A DNA stretch of 64,000 nt from NCBI GenBank assembly GCA_018901755.1, contig JAHIDZ010000001.1, positions 10,454-74,453 of the forward strand, written 5' to 3'. Origin of the DNA: Nanobdellota archaeon (GTDB taxonomy: Archaea > Aenigmatarchaeota > Aenigmatarchaeia > Aenigmatarchaeales > Aenigmatarchaeaceae). A program made the position numbers and the translations under genes. Positions 48,036 to 57,733 of the stretch are shown here, in pieces. The notes under the pieces were generated by a model that saw nothing but the letters and a program-made list of their open reading frames with translations, ran no database searches and was not told the origin of the DNA. Numbering within the stretch: position 1 is the first letter of the stretch; each line of letters begins with the position of its first letter.

Positions 48036-48117
48036 GGGCATATAGCTCAGCATGGACTTTCAGAGCGGCGGCATCCTAAGCCGTAGGTCGGGGGTTCAAA
48101 TCCCTCTATGCCCGCCA
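48036..48117 (+). tRNA. trnR: tRNA-Arg(CCT) with enlarged D loop
   Basis: GGGCATA/TATGCCC acceptor, GCGGC-ATCCTAA-GCCGT, TTCAAAT, GCCA. Confidence 0.92.
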
Positions 48118-48118
48118 G

Positions 48119-48658
48119 TTATCTAATTCTTTTATTATCTTTACTGAATATTTTTGAAGGCTTTCCAGAAAGTTTTCCATCATCTATATATAAATCGATA
48201 GACTTTCCAAACATTTTTTGTATATCTTGTATGTTGTTTGGCGTTGGTTGACCTGAAACATTTGCAGAAGTCGTAGTTATTGGTTTTCCAAACTGTTTTG
48301 CAATTTTTACACACCAATGATTTGGTATTCTAAAGCCAATATAATCTTTTGCAATAGGAAGATTTTTTTTCGATTTTAAAATAAAAGTATATTTACCAGG
48401 AAACTTTCTAATAGCAAGTTTTGAAGGGAAAGAATATTCTTTAAGCATTTTTTTATTAGAAACAAGAGCTGATATAAAAACTTTTTTTGACCGTTTTTTT
48501 ATCTTATAAATTTTTTCAATGCTTTTTCTTTTTGTAGCATCGGCGCCTATACCATAAACCGTATCTGTCGGATAAACAATTAGACCGCCTTTTTTCAAAA
48601 TACGAACAGACTCTTTGATAATTATTGGCTCTTTTTTCTTTGAATATTTTAGAAGCAT
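48119..48658 (-). CDS. tsaC: Threonylcarbamoyl-AMP synthase (single YrdC domain)
   Basis: YPTDTVYGIG, KKR, TTSANVSG. Confidence 0.92.
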   Translation of the reverse strand: MLLKYSKKKEPIIIKESVRILKKGGLIVYPTDTVYGIGADATKRKSIEKIYKIKKRSKKVFISALVSNKKMLKEYSFPSKLAIRKFPGKYTFILKSKKNLPIAKDYIGFRIPNHWCVKIAKQFGKPITTTSANVSGQPTPNNIQDIQKMFGKSIDLYIDDGKLSGKPSKIFSKDNKRIR

Positions 48659-48670
48659 TCTATCACAAAT

Positions 48671-49309
48671 TCAAATAAATCTTATACAAATAACATCTCG
48701 GTATACATTTTGTCCATCTCTCATTGTTACTAATTTAAAACTTTTAGTAACTCTACAGTCGAATTTTCTTTTAACAGTTTCAGAAATCGAAATTGCTGAT
48801 TTTTTATTTCCAAATTTTATATCAATTCCGCCACTTACATCACTGGAACTAAAGAATGATTTTGGATCCTTTCTTTCATCATGGAGCATTAAATCTATTA
48901 TGAAATTCATTATTTTATCATTGAATTCCCCTCTTATCTGTATTGTCGCTTCATAATAATCGCAGAATTTTCTCGCGCATACTGGGCATATCATTGTTCT
49001 TACAGTAGTGTCAACTTTATGTACTTCATCTTTACCTTTGGTTGCAGTAATTTCCCAAGATTTGCCTTTTTTTATTAATTTAATTTTAACATTTTTTTCT
49101 AAATCTTTTACGTTATTCAATATAATTTGTTCTATGGATGCTTTCTTCCAATCATTTTTGATTCTATATAATTCACATTTTTTACAAGCAACAAGATTGA
49201 TATTTTTAGGTACATCAACTAATTTTGTTTTTTTCTTATAACATTCTAAACAATAGCCATCTTTCAATCGTGTTCCTTTTTTACCACACAAAAAACAAAA
49301 TTTTTCCAT
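48671..49309 (-). CDS. nmd3: NMD3 family protein
   Basis: FCFLCG..CLEC, CPVCAR..YYEATIQIR. Confidence 0.9.
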   Translation of the reverse strand: MEKFCFLCGKKGTRLKDGYCLECYKKKTKLVDVPKNINLVACKKCELYRIKNDWKKASIEQIILNNVKDLEKNVKIKLIKKGKSWEITATKGKDEVHKVDTTVRTMICPVCARKFCDYYEATIQIRGEFNDKIMNFIIDLMLHDERKDPKSFFSSSDVSGGIDIKFGNKKSAISISETVKRKFDCRVTKSFKLVTMRDGQNVYRDVICIRFI

Positions 49310-49310
49310 A

Positions 49311-50459
49311 CTAATACACGTACCACAAGACTAATGAAGTTTCCGCTATCTCTGGTATATCGCAACATAGCGAATTTAACCTAGGAATTTCAATATAACC
49401 ATCGCCAGGCTTTCCAAGATACCATTCTTTTGCAGAGTTTGATATAATAGCTTTTAGAAGAGTTGAGTACTCCGAATCTTCCAATAGTTTAGAAATCCAT
49501 ATTGCATTTCCAAATTTAGTTACAGCGGCATTATCATTACTACCAATTATGCTGTTCCCATCGACAATTGGTTTATCTGACCCAGCAATAGCAGTGTTGA
49601 ATATAAAATCACTATCGGATATTGCAAATTGAACATTACGTGAACTTGATAGTTCAATCTTCTTAACAATTACATTTATTGATATTCCCGGTATAGATAC
49701 GATAGATCTTTCCGGATATGTTGGTCTACAGCTCGGCGGAGTCGAGATACATACTTTTTTAACATTACCTTCAATTGTAGCATTAACAATTAGTTCTTGA
49801 CCACTTACATTCCAATATCCATAATAACTATTTGCTTCAGGGTCTCCTACACGTGGTGTCTGAACCGTGAATCCAAATCCAAGAAAATATTTTGAAATAT
49901 CATTATATTCTGTAAAGTTCATTTTACCAGGAATATTTACAGTAGTTTCAATGTTGAAAAAAGTTTCATAATTTATACCTTCAGTACCAATACCTATTAC
50001 TGTTTTTTCTTTTACAAAATCATTTAATGTTTGATTCGAATAATCAAATGTACCATTAATTATAATTACATCATATGTGTCAAAATCATAAGCAAGAGAA
50101 GATACATTAAATTCTATTGCTCTGTTGTTAACATGTGTGCCAGTACTAAGAAGTATAGATTCGATGTAATCTTTATCATTTGTACCAACATTTATTACAT
50201 TTTTAGGTATTCCTGAGAATTTCATAGTGTATCTTATGTTCGCAGCTTTCATATCATCTATTTCTTCAAAGATACTTGTTTCATTAATAGTTTTAATTAT
50301 ATTAGGGCCAAGAATATCCATAACATTATTTCCAATTCCTATCAAATCGCCTTTAGTCCAATCTGAACCACTGCCTTGAGCGGCAAAGAAACTTTGAAAT
50401 ATTATAGTTATTAAAACTGCCGCAACAATAATTTCAACTAAATATAGGAATCCTTTCAT
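49311..50459 (-). CDS. Large minor pilin-like protein
   Basis: MKG-FLYLVE class III-like N-terminus; LVLWY tail; in pilus operon. Confidence 0.7.
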   Translation of the reverse strand: MKGFLYLVEIIVAAVLITIIFQSFFAAQGSGSDWTKGDLIGIGNNVMDILGPNIIKTINETSIFEEIDDMKAANIRYTMKFSGIPKNVINVGTNDKDYIESILLSTGTHVNNRAIEFNVSSLAYDFDTYDVIIINGTFDYSNQTLNDFVKEKTVIGIGTEGINYETFFNIETTVNIPGKMNFTEYNDISKYFLGFGFTVQTPRVGDPEANSYYGYWNVSGQELIVNATIEGNVKKVCISTPPSCRPTYPERSIVSIPGISINVIVKKIELSSSRNVQFAISDSDFIFNTAIAGSDKPIVDGNSIIGSNDNAAVTKFGNAIWISKLLEDSEYSTLLKAIISNSAKEWYLGKPGDGYIEIPRLNSLCCDIPEIAETSLVLWYVY

Positions 50460-50460
50460 T

Positions 50461-50904
50461 TTACCACATCTCTAACGTTATTGTTCCATATTTTATTGGA
50501 TTTGTATTTTCTCTAATATATTCACGCATAGTCATTGTTCTTATTTGGGACAATCCAACAAATCCACAGAATAGAACTTCGTCGGTTCCATCATTTATTG
50601 CCAATCTATATCCGCTGAGGTTAAATCTATCAAGCCCAGGGCACCGTCCATCATTTTCATTTGAATAATCATTCCATTCTTGTAATTTAATCGTGCTTAA
50701 TGTATTTGGACTAACTGATAGTCCTATATCTGTGTCCAATAGAATCATATTTAACACAGAAACTGATTCAGATTTTAACATGTCAATTCTTGCATCCATA
50801 TTGGCAGAATTAAACGCTGTACCTATCTGATTCCCAACATAAAGAACAATTATAGCAAATACTACTACACCTAATATGAATTCAATTTTTACAGCGCCTT
50901 TCAT
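50461..50904 (-). CDS. Minor pilin-like protein
   Basis: MKG-AVKIEF N-terminus; TLEMW tail. Confidence 0.72.
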   Translation of the reverse strand: MKGAVKIEFILGVVVFAIIVLYVGNQIGTAFNSANMDARIDMLKSESVSVLNMILLDTDIGLSVSPNTLSTIKLQEWNDYSNENDGRCPGLDRFNLSGYRLAINDGTDEVLFCGFVGLSQIRTMTMREYIRENTNPIKYGTITLEMW

Positions 50905-51852
50905 TTAAATCAATCCTGTTTGGAATAAAATCATCAATATACCGAATCCGGAGAATGCCATTATCATGCTGTGTTTGATACCTGCAATTACAGAATTTTC
51001 ACCGATTTGCCCAGCAACCAATCCGGCGAATATACCTTGCATGACAACCATCAGTAAGAATAATGAATTATAGTAACAAGCTGATCCGCCACCAAGATTA
51101 AACATTTGGCAAGTTAGTGCGTATACTGAACATGAGATACAGTAGATGTTTGACGATCCGATGCAAGCAATACATGGATCTTGGAAACTTAGTATTCCTC
51201 CCATTGCAGCAGCTTCACTATTCATATCTAACATTGGTATTAGTGTTTTGGAAAGACCAATTATAATTCCAATAAAAATAAAGTATATTGCATACATAAC
51301 CATTACGTGCTGCAACATCATGCTTTCTCTCTCTTTTTCAGTATCTTTTATTGTACTAATGTCTCCAGCGATTGCTTCCATAGTTCTTACAATGTCACCA
51401 CCAGACATGTATGCTTCATTAATTATTCTAATTACTCTTGATATTGTACCGGATCTTCTCATTCTTCTTGCAAACATATCTAAAACTTGTTGTAGAGGAG
51501 TTCCCCAAGAAAGCTGATCATTCATTTTTTTTATTTCATCGCTTAATTTTCCATAATCAGTTTTTGATACAATTTTTAATGCATCAGGTAATCCCATTCC
51601 AGCTTTCTGCGTTTCAGCAAGATCTAGAAGAAATACTGGAAGCTGATCTTCAATTACTTTGATGCTCTGATATTCAAAATATGAAATAAGTATGTAAGGA
51701 ATAACACCAACCAATATTGCTAATAGTAAAAAGTTTCCTATCATACCAATATTTCCCCAGAATGCAACTATTCCTATGAATACTAAAATGGCCGCAATTA
51801 TAGGCGGTAGTTTTTTCAAATCTATTTTTGTTTTTATATCTTTCATATCCAT
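50905..51852 (-). CDS. Type IV pilus platform protein (T2SS F/TadC-like)
   Basis: LPVFLLDLAE, DYGKLSDEI, QGIFAGLVAGQ. Confidence 0.9.
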   Translation of the reverse strand: MDMKDIKTKIDLKKLPPIIAAILVFIGIVAFWGNIGMIGNFLLLAILVGVIPYILISYFEYQSIKVIEDQLPVFLLDLAETQKAGMGLPDALKIVSKTDYGKLSDEIKKMNDQLSWGTPLQQVLDMFARRMRRSGTISRVIRIINEAYMSGGDIVRTMEAIAGDISTIKDTEKERESMMLQHVMVMYAIYFIFIGIIIGLSKTLIPMLDMNSEAAAMGGILSFQDPCIACIGSSNIYCISCSVYALTCQMFNLGGGSACYYNSLFLLMVVMQGIFAGLVAGQIGENSVIAGIKHSMIMAFSGFGILMILFQTGLI

Positions 51853-51856
51853 ATTA

Positions 51857-52732
51857 TCACGCCGATGGAGATATTGTTTTAATTAAAAATATGAATCCAA
51901 TAGATACGACTGGAAGTATCACAAATATTATCATAAATTGTATAAATGTCATAAATAGATTATTTCCACTACCACCGAATATTGACATCAGCGCGCTCAT
52001 TATGACAAAAAATATTGAACCAACAAGGATAACAGTAAGATAAACTTCTATAAGTAATGATAGTGTTTGTGAATATTGTTCAAGTCTTCTTTTATATTCA
52101 GCCATAAATCCTTTTGATTTTTCATGAAGAAAATCTGCAACATTTCCACCAGTAGTTAAAACAGTATCTAACCCCCATAATAATTCTTTAAATTCTGGAG
52201 ATGGTGTTCTTCCAGCAGTTTTTCTTATTGCACTTGTTAAATCCATTCCAAATGCTTCAACATCTCGGTTTATTTTTTCAGCTTCTCTAGAAATTTCACC
52301 ATATTCTTTAAATTTGGATAATACTTTGAACATAGTTGCTGGTGGTGCTCCACTCGATGCAATCGTAGACATGTATGTTGTAGCAAAGGATATAGATGAT
52401 TCTATATTCTTTTTTCTATAATTAGCTACACTTGATGGATGTGTGTAAAACAAGAAAAATATTCCAAGTTCTAAAAATATTGTTATTGTAAAAGAAAATA
52501 TGAATGCCATTATCGCATCCTTGAATAGTAGTGTTGCTATTATTACTATGAAAGGAAATTCTATTACGAAAGCTAGTAGCAGGATGAAAAACATCGCATA
52601 AACATATTCTGTAAGACTGAGAGGGATATTTGCATGTTGTAAATCACCCTTTATGCTGTCAAAATGTTTTATGTAGGGTTCCAACGTTCTGCCGAAAAAT
52701 TTAAATGATAGACGTTTAAAAGTGTTCCACAT
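51857..52732 (-). CDS. Type IV pilus platform protein (T2SS F/TadC-like)
   Basis: YMSTIASSG, EYGEISRE, TPSPEF. Confidence 0.9.
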   Translation of the reverse strand: MWNTFKRLSFKFFGRTLEPYIKHFDSIKGDLQHANIPLSLTEYVYAMFFILLLAFVIEFPFIVIIATLLFKDAIMAFIFSFTITIFLELGIFFLFYTHPSSVANYRKKNIESSISFATTYMSTIASSGAPPATMFKVLSKFKEYGEISREAEKINRDVEAFGMDLTSAIRKTAGRTPSPEFKELLWGLDTVLTTGGNVADFLHEKSKGFMAEYKRRLEQYSQTLSLLIEVYLTVILVGSIFFVIMSALMSIFGGSGNNLFMTFIQFMIIFVILPVVSIGFIFLIKTISPSA

Positions 52733-52740
52733 TATTATCC

Positions 52741-54465
52741 CTAAATTGAATCTAGTAGCTCATCTGGTCGCGTGCTATATGCCTTTGTGATTCTTGCCAT
52801 GTCTTTATAGTCTGTTATATTACTGTCAGTCATCCAAGTAAGTATTTTTGATCTTCGTTCCATTTCCTTTTGAAGTACAGCCGCATTTATTCCATGCTGT
52901 TCGCTTATTCTTCTTAATACTACAGAAGAATTTTTAGCATCAAATTTATCTGTTAGTGGGTTCCATCTGAATATTTCGTTGAATATAGGCATATTTCTTT
53001 CACGATCGAATCCATTGATTTCATATACGTTAGTTATTTTTCTAACGTAAGAATTTTCATATTTTATTTTTGTTATGAATATAACTACATCCAACGCTTC
53101 AATAAGATTAGGCGGTAAACTAATTGGTGGCGTTGTTATTCTATTTACTAATCTTTCGATAGTATCAGCATGGATTGTTGCCAATGAAGGATGTCCAGTT
53201 GCTATCTGTTGGAATAATACAAATGCTTCTTTACCTCTTACTTCTCCAACTATTAGGAAGTCCGGTCTTTGTCTTAATGATTCTCTAAGCAGATCAAATA
53301 AATCAACTTCTCCAATGTTTCTTCCACTTATTTCAGCAATTGGTTGACGAGCTACCTGAGGTATCCAGTGTGGATGTGGTAGACGTAATTCCGGAGTATC
53401 TTCTATCGATACAATTTTTAATTCTGGTTTAATGAATAATGATAATGCATTTAACAACGATGTTTTACCAGAAGCTGTTCCTCCAGATACAAGTATTGAT
53501 CTTCCATATTCAATTATTAACCACAAATATGATAGAACCTTTGCGTCAACTGTTTTGAATTTCATAAGATGTATTGGAGTAAGTGGTTCTTCGGTGAATT
53601 TTCTAATTGTAAAGTTTGATCCACGTCTAGCAATATCAGTACCAAGTGTTGCTTGTATTCTAGATCCGTCTGGTAATGATCCGCCGACCAGTGGAGATGC
53701 TACAGAAACAGTTTTACCACATCTTTGCGCGATTTTATTTACAAATTTATCAAGTTCTTCCCCACTATCAAATGTAACATTTGTTCGTATGCTTCCAATT
53801 TTAGGATTTCTATGATAAATATAAATTGGTATACCTATTCCGTCGCAGCTAATATCTTCTATGTCGGCATCTTGCATCAATGGTTCTATTTTTTCTAATC
53901 CAACGAAGTCACGTTCAATATAATAAAGTAATTGATCTTGTTTTTCTTTTGGCATATTTTTTGCAAGTAGATATACCATTTCTTGGAATTTCTCCATCAA
54001 GTATGTTCTAGCATCACTTTTTCTTAGTGTAGTGAAATCAACATCAAGTTTTTCAACTAAAGAACTTTTTATTCTATATAAGATATCTTGTTCATCTGGT
54101 GTAAGTTTAGGTTCCATTAAATTATACACAAGTGCAGATTCGGCAGCAATCCATCTTATATTTGTAGCTGCAAAAGGTTTTACAGAATTTCTAGGAATTA
54201 AAGCATAACTGATATTTATGTCTCTATTGCTACTATCACTGTCTTTGCTAGGTATTGTATATTTCGGAGCAACATCTACAAGCGAGATGCCTTCTGTTTT
54301 CTTAGGTTCTTCTTTAGGTGCCGATTGCATTTGAAATTGTACTGGATAAGGATATGGATAGGGTTGCATCGATGGTGTTTGTTTTTTCTTTTTAGCTTCT
54401 TCCTCATCAAGTATATTTTGATATCCCTTTACTGCTTTTTTAAAAGTTTTTTTTGCTAAATTCAT
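52741..54465 (-). CDS. Type IV pilus assembly ATPase (FlaI/TadA-like)
   Basis: GGTASGKT, SIEDTPEL, LRQRPD..IVGEVRG. Confidence 0.95.
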   Translation of the reverse strand: MNLAKKTFKKAVKGYQNILDEEEAKKKKQTPSMQPYPYPYPVQFQMQSAPKEEPKKTEGISLVDVAPKYTIPSKDSDSSNRDINISYALIPRNSVKPFAATNIRWIAAESALVYNLMEPKLTPDEQDILYRIKSSLVEKLDVDFTTLRKSDARTYLMEKFQEMVYLLAKNMPKEKQDQLLYYIERDFVGLEKIEPLMQDADIEDISCDGIGIPIYIYHRNPKIGSIRTNVTFDSGEELDKFVNKIAQRCGKTVSVASPLVGGSLPDGSRIQATLGTDIARRGSNFTIRKFTEEPLTPIHLMKFKTVDAKVLSYLWLIIEYGRSILVSGGTASGKTSLLNALSLFIKPELKIVSIEDTPELRLPHPHWIPQVARQPIAEISGRNIGEVDLFDLLRESLRQRPDFLIVGEVRGKEAFVLFQQIATGHPSLATIHADTIERLVNRITTPPISLPPNLIEALDVVIFITKIKYENSYVRKITNVYEINGFDRERNMPIFNEIFRWNPLTDKFDAKNSSVVLRRISEQHGINAAVLQKEMERRSKILTWMTDSNITDYKDMARITKAYSTRPDELLDSI

Positions 54466-54878
54466 GATAGTTCAACCCAGCCTTCGTTGTATTTTATATT
54501 AATTTCTCCTTTTGTGCTATATATTATATTTGATGGCCTAATATTAATGTTATATACGTCTAGGGTAGTCCCTATTTTATAGTTTTCTGTGCTATTGACA
54601 TTGAGTAAGTTGTCATATTTTATTAAATACATACCACCAGATATCTTGGTAGGTATTTTTAGCTTGTATTCTATTGTGCTGTCTGTGATAATACCATATT
54701 CATATATTTTTACAATAGAGCCCCTGATAGATTCGCCTAATTTTTCAAATTGAACAATACCAGAATCTTCTCTTATTCCAGCATTAATGCTATTAAACGT
54801 AGTGTATATTCCTACCACAAGCGCAATTCCTATTGCAAAGAAAAGAACATATTCAATGGTAAGATACTGCCCTTTCAT
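54462..54878 (-). CDS. Minor pilin-like protein
   Basis: MKG-QYLTIEY. Confidence 0.78.
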   Translation of the reverse strand: MKGQYLTIEYVLFFAIGIALVVGIYTTFNSINAGIREDSGIVQFEKLGESIRGSIVKIYEYGIITDSTIEYKLKIPTKISGGMYLIKYDNLLNVNSTENYKIGTTLDVYNINIRPSNIIYSTKGEINIKYNEGWVELS

Positions 54879-54909
54879 AAAATTAGTTAGTCATAACCAG
54901 TATAAAAGA

Positions 54910-55413
54910 TTATTTAAAAGTGATTTTTATCTTCACATATGTTATATCATTCTTGGTAAATACAGAATCCTTTTCTATATACACTCTTAATGGTGTTGCT
55001 ATACGGATTTCATCTGTATATAGGTAAGGAGTTATTTGGCTTTGTGGATAATGTAATTGCATTCTTAGTGTAGTTCCTTCGAGCTTTTCACTTATGACTG
55101 AATAACCGGATGATATATTGATCCATTCATTGGGTATGTCTACAGCAAACTGGCTTCTTATTTCAATTGTACTTGGATCTAAAACTTCAATTGTTGCTGC
55201 GATATCATAGTTTAGCGAATCCTGTCCGCCGAATTTTATAATATTTTGTATTTTTTGATCTAAATTATTTAGGAAGTTTTCAGCAGAATTAAGTTTTGCC
55301 ATATCATTGCTTCTTGTAAATATACCTTGACTCCACACAATAGCAGACATGAATAGAGATACGCTTATTACAAAAAGTAGAATAAATACAATTATCTCCG
55401 ACGCGCCTTTCAT
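54910..55413 (-). CDS. Pilin-like protein
   Basis: MKG-ASEII plus hydrophobic helix. Confidence 0.78.
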   Translation of the reverse strand: MKGASEIIVFILLFVISVSLFMSAIVWSQGIFTRSNDMAKLNSAENFLNNLDQKIQNIIKFGGQDSLNYDIAATIEVLDPSTIEIRSQFAVDIPNEWINISSGYSVISEKLEGTTLRMQLHYPQSQITPYLYTDEIRIATPLRVYIEKDSVFTKNDITYVKIKITFK

Positions 55414-55438
55414 AGATAATTGTTTGTTAAATTAGTAT

Positions 55439-55912
55439 TTATTGGCAAGCCATTGTGGTTACTTGTTCTAAATCGCCATATATTACAGTAACTTGTTTAC
55501 CACACCATTCGCCAATATATCCACTGCTCGTTGTGGCGTTAGTTATAGTATGCGTTATAGTTTCTCCAGATATCAAATCGCCTGTTTGCGTGGAAGTTAT
55601 TTCTGCTGGTATACCAGGTGTTACCGGAATAGTAACTGTACCTATTAAAATATTGAAATATTCTTTTTTTAATGTTGTTGTTCCAGTGTTTGTTACTTTT
55701 ACATATGCTTCATCGGCTACAAGATTATTATCATACGCTGAAACTATTGAGAATCCGGATCCTATCTGTGCTGCCGCGGCACCTGCTGCTTCGCCTGCGC
55801 TACCAGATATGTCTTCGAAAACTCCAGTAAACCATACATATGCCATTGCAGACAATGCTACGGTAATCATTAATATCAAAACAACTGCTATTACAGCTGA
55901 TATTCCTTTCAT
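55439..55912 (-). CDS. Type IV pilin (archaellin-like N-terminus)
   Basis: MKG-ISAVIAVVLILMITV. Confidence 0.9.
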   Translation of the reverse strand: MKGISAVIAVVLILMITVALSAMAYVWFTGVFEDISGSAGEAAGAAAAQIGSGFSIVSAYDNNLVADEAYVKVTNTGTTTLKKEYFNILIGTVTIPVTPGIPAEITSTQTGDLISGETITHTITNATTSSGYIGEWCGKQVTVIYGDLEQVTTMACQ

Positions 55913-56136
55913 TTTTTTCTACCTCCTTTCATATGAGTTCCTAATAGTATGTTAACTATTAGCATTTGTATTAGTATTAGTATTAAGATTGACAATAGTG
56001 CGTTAGTAAGCATTGCTGTATCTGTTGGTCTTAATGCAAATACTGTTAATAACAACAGTGATACTATAGCTATTAGAATTTCCACTACGCAAAATATTGG
56101 TTTTAACCATTTTGGTTCTATCAATTTCATAATCAT
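55909..56136 (-). CDS. Small two-TM protein
   Basis: Two hydrophobic helices; in operon. Confidence 0.7.
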   Translation of the reverse strand: MIMKLIEPKWLKPIFCVVEILIAIVSLLLLTVFALRPTDTAMLTNALLSILILILIQMLIVNILLGTHMKGGRKK

Positions 56137-56628
56137 TTAAAACTCCCTCTTTATTTTCATATTTGGATATGACGATAATATTTTTGAAACAGGTGTTCCT
56201 GCTTTAATCTTTTTGTTAAGATTTTCTATTGCTTCCATCATAGCCTTGTTTTGTTCTTCCATATTTTTTATCTGATCAAATATTGGTTTCATTGCTTCTG
56301 GTCCAGGCGCTGATGTTTCTTCGCGTCCAGCAGATTCTATTAGTTTAATCAAGTCTCTTATTTCATCAATCATTTGATCTATTTTTAATGGAAGTTTTGC
56401 TAATTCGTTTCTTAAGTCTAAATTAGCATGTATAACTTCATTAATTATTTTTTGATTTGTTCTAATTAATTCAATTATTTGAGATATCAGTCCTTGTAAT
56501 TGTGGTACTGAGCCAGCTTTTTCTAATCCTTCAATTCTTGCTTCTAAACGTTTCATAGGAGCAACTGGTATCATAGAATAATTATCTTTGTCGCTGGTAG
56601 ATTCGACTATTTCAAACTCTTCTGACAT
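56137..56628 (-). CDS. Coiled-coil hypothetical protein
   Basis: Heptad-rich; heads the pilus operon. Confidence 0.75.
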   Translation of the reverse strand: MSEEFEIVESTSDKDNYSMIPVAPMKRLEARIEGLEKAGSVPQLQGLISQIIELIRTNQKIINEVIHANLDLRNELAKLPLKIDQMIDEIRDLIKLIESAGREETSAPGPEAMKPIFDQIKNMEEQNKAMMEAIENLNKKIKAGTPVSKILSSYPNMKIKREF

Positions 56629-56697
56629 AAAGTAGAATTTGTTAAACCTATATTTAAATGTTCCTAAAAGTTTTAATTTAAGTAATTATTTCTGAAT

Positions 56698-57222
56698 CTA
56701 ACTATCTATTGGGTTTGGTGGATTTATTGGACTTAAGCATATTTCTAACTCAGGACATAAAACTGTTTCTTCAACAGAACCTGCAGGAGCACTTACCTTA
56801 AGAATAATTTCTTTATCAGTATTAAAGTATATTTCATCGCTTGTTCTATAACTAAATTGTTTGACTTCGCCTGCATCAAGACTTGTATCTTCTTTTATAG
56901 ACACTGAAGTGGTGAATAGATTGTCTATATCAGTATTGTCAATGAATGCGCCCATTTCACCAGAAGCAATATTTTTTGTTCCTGTATTTTTAACAGCAAA
57001 TGTAAGAACATTATCACAGTGCGTTTCATCTCTATATTCACATTTTATAGTCAGTATTTCTACAGTTTTTGAAAGGCTATCTGTTGCGCCACTTACTTGC
57101 TCTTCGGATGTATCTCCAACCATCTCAAACATTCCAGTTGCCCATCCATAAGCCATTCCAATTATAGCTACCGTTATGACTACTATCAGAACAGTTGCCA
57201 ATACAGCTGATATTCCTTTCAT
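56698..57222 (-). CDS. Type IV pilin
   Basis: MKG-ISAVLATVLIVVITV. Confidence 0.9.
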   Translation of the reverse strand: MKGISAVLATVLIVVITVAIIGMAYGWATGMFEMVGDTSEEQVSGATDSLSKTVEILTIKCEYRDETHCDNVLTFAVKNTGTKNIASGEMGAFIDNTDIDNLFTTSVSIKEDTSLDAGEVKQFSYRTSDEIYFNTDKEIILKVSAPAGSVEETVLCPELEICLSPINPPNPIDS

Positions 57223-57708
57223 ATTAATATTTTAATATATTCTGCTATTTAAACATATCGAAAATAAGAATAAAGAAAAAAAAGAGATTAATTAGCATGT
57301 CACATCTTCTTCAACAGAACCTGCAGGAGCACTTACTTTAAGAGATCCACTAACTGCGTTAGAAATTGTGAATTCTTGAGTTATTCCTGAAGTTATTTCA
57401 GTAGTTGCTGTGTCTGGACTTGTTGTTTGCATTTCATTTTCTAAAAATACACTTAGTTCTCCAGCTTCTATATCTTTAGTTCCAGTTGCTCTGACAGAGA
57501 AAGTTATTGTCTCGCCTATACAACCTGCTGTTACGATTTGAACAGATTTTAACATATTATCAGTGACGCCTGCTACATTTTCTTCGGATGTATCTCCAAC
57601 CATCTCAAACATTCCAGTTGCCCATCCATAAGCCATTCCAATTATAGCTACCGTTATGACTACTATCAGAACAGTTGCCAATACAGCTGATATTCCTTTC
57701 ATATTAAT
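57101..57708. repeat. 128-bp identical repeat (57101-57228 = 57581-57708) covering the pilin 5' ends
   Basis: Direct base comparison; a second 36/37-bp match at 56767-56803 versus 57307-57343. Confidence 0.92.
57292..57702 (-). CDS. Type IV pilin (start corrected from ORF track to MKG)
   Basis: N-terminus identical to 56698-57222. Confidence 0.9.
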   Translation of the reverse strand: MKGISAVLATVLIVVITVAIIGMAYGWATGMFEMVGDTSEENVAGVTDNMLKSVQIVTAGCIGETITFSVRATGTKDIEAGELSVFLENEMQTTSPDTATTEITSGITQEFTISNAVSGSLKVSAPAGSVEEDVTC

Positions 57709-57733
57709 TATTAACATTACCCGATATATAAAA

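Noticed and set aside
55439-57702. Archaellum (motility) locus
   Set aside because: No ArlH, ArlF/G or chemotaxis genes; two TadC-like genes plus short pilins indicate a type IV pilus.
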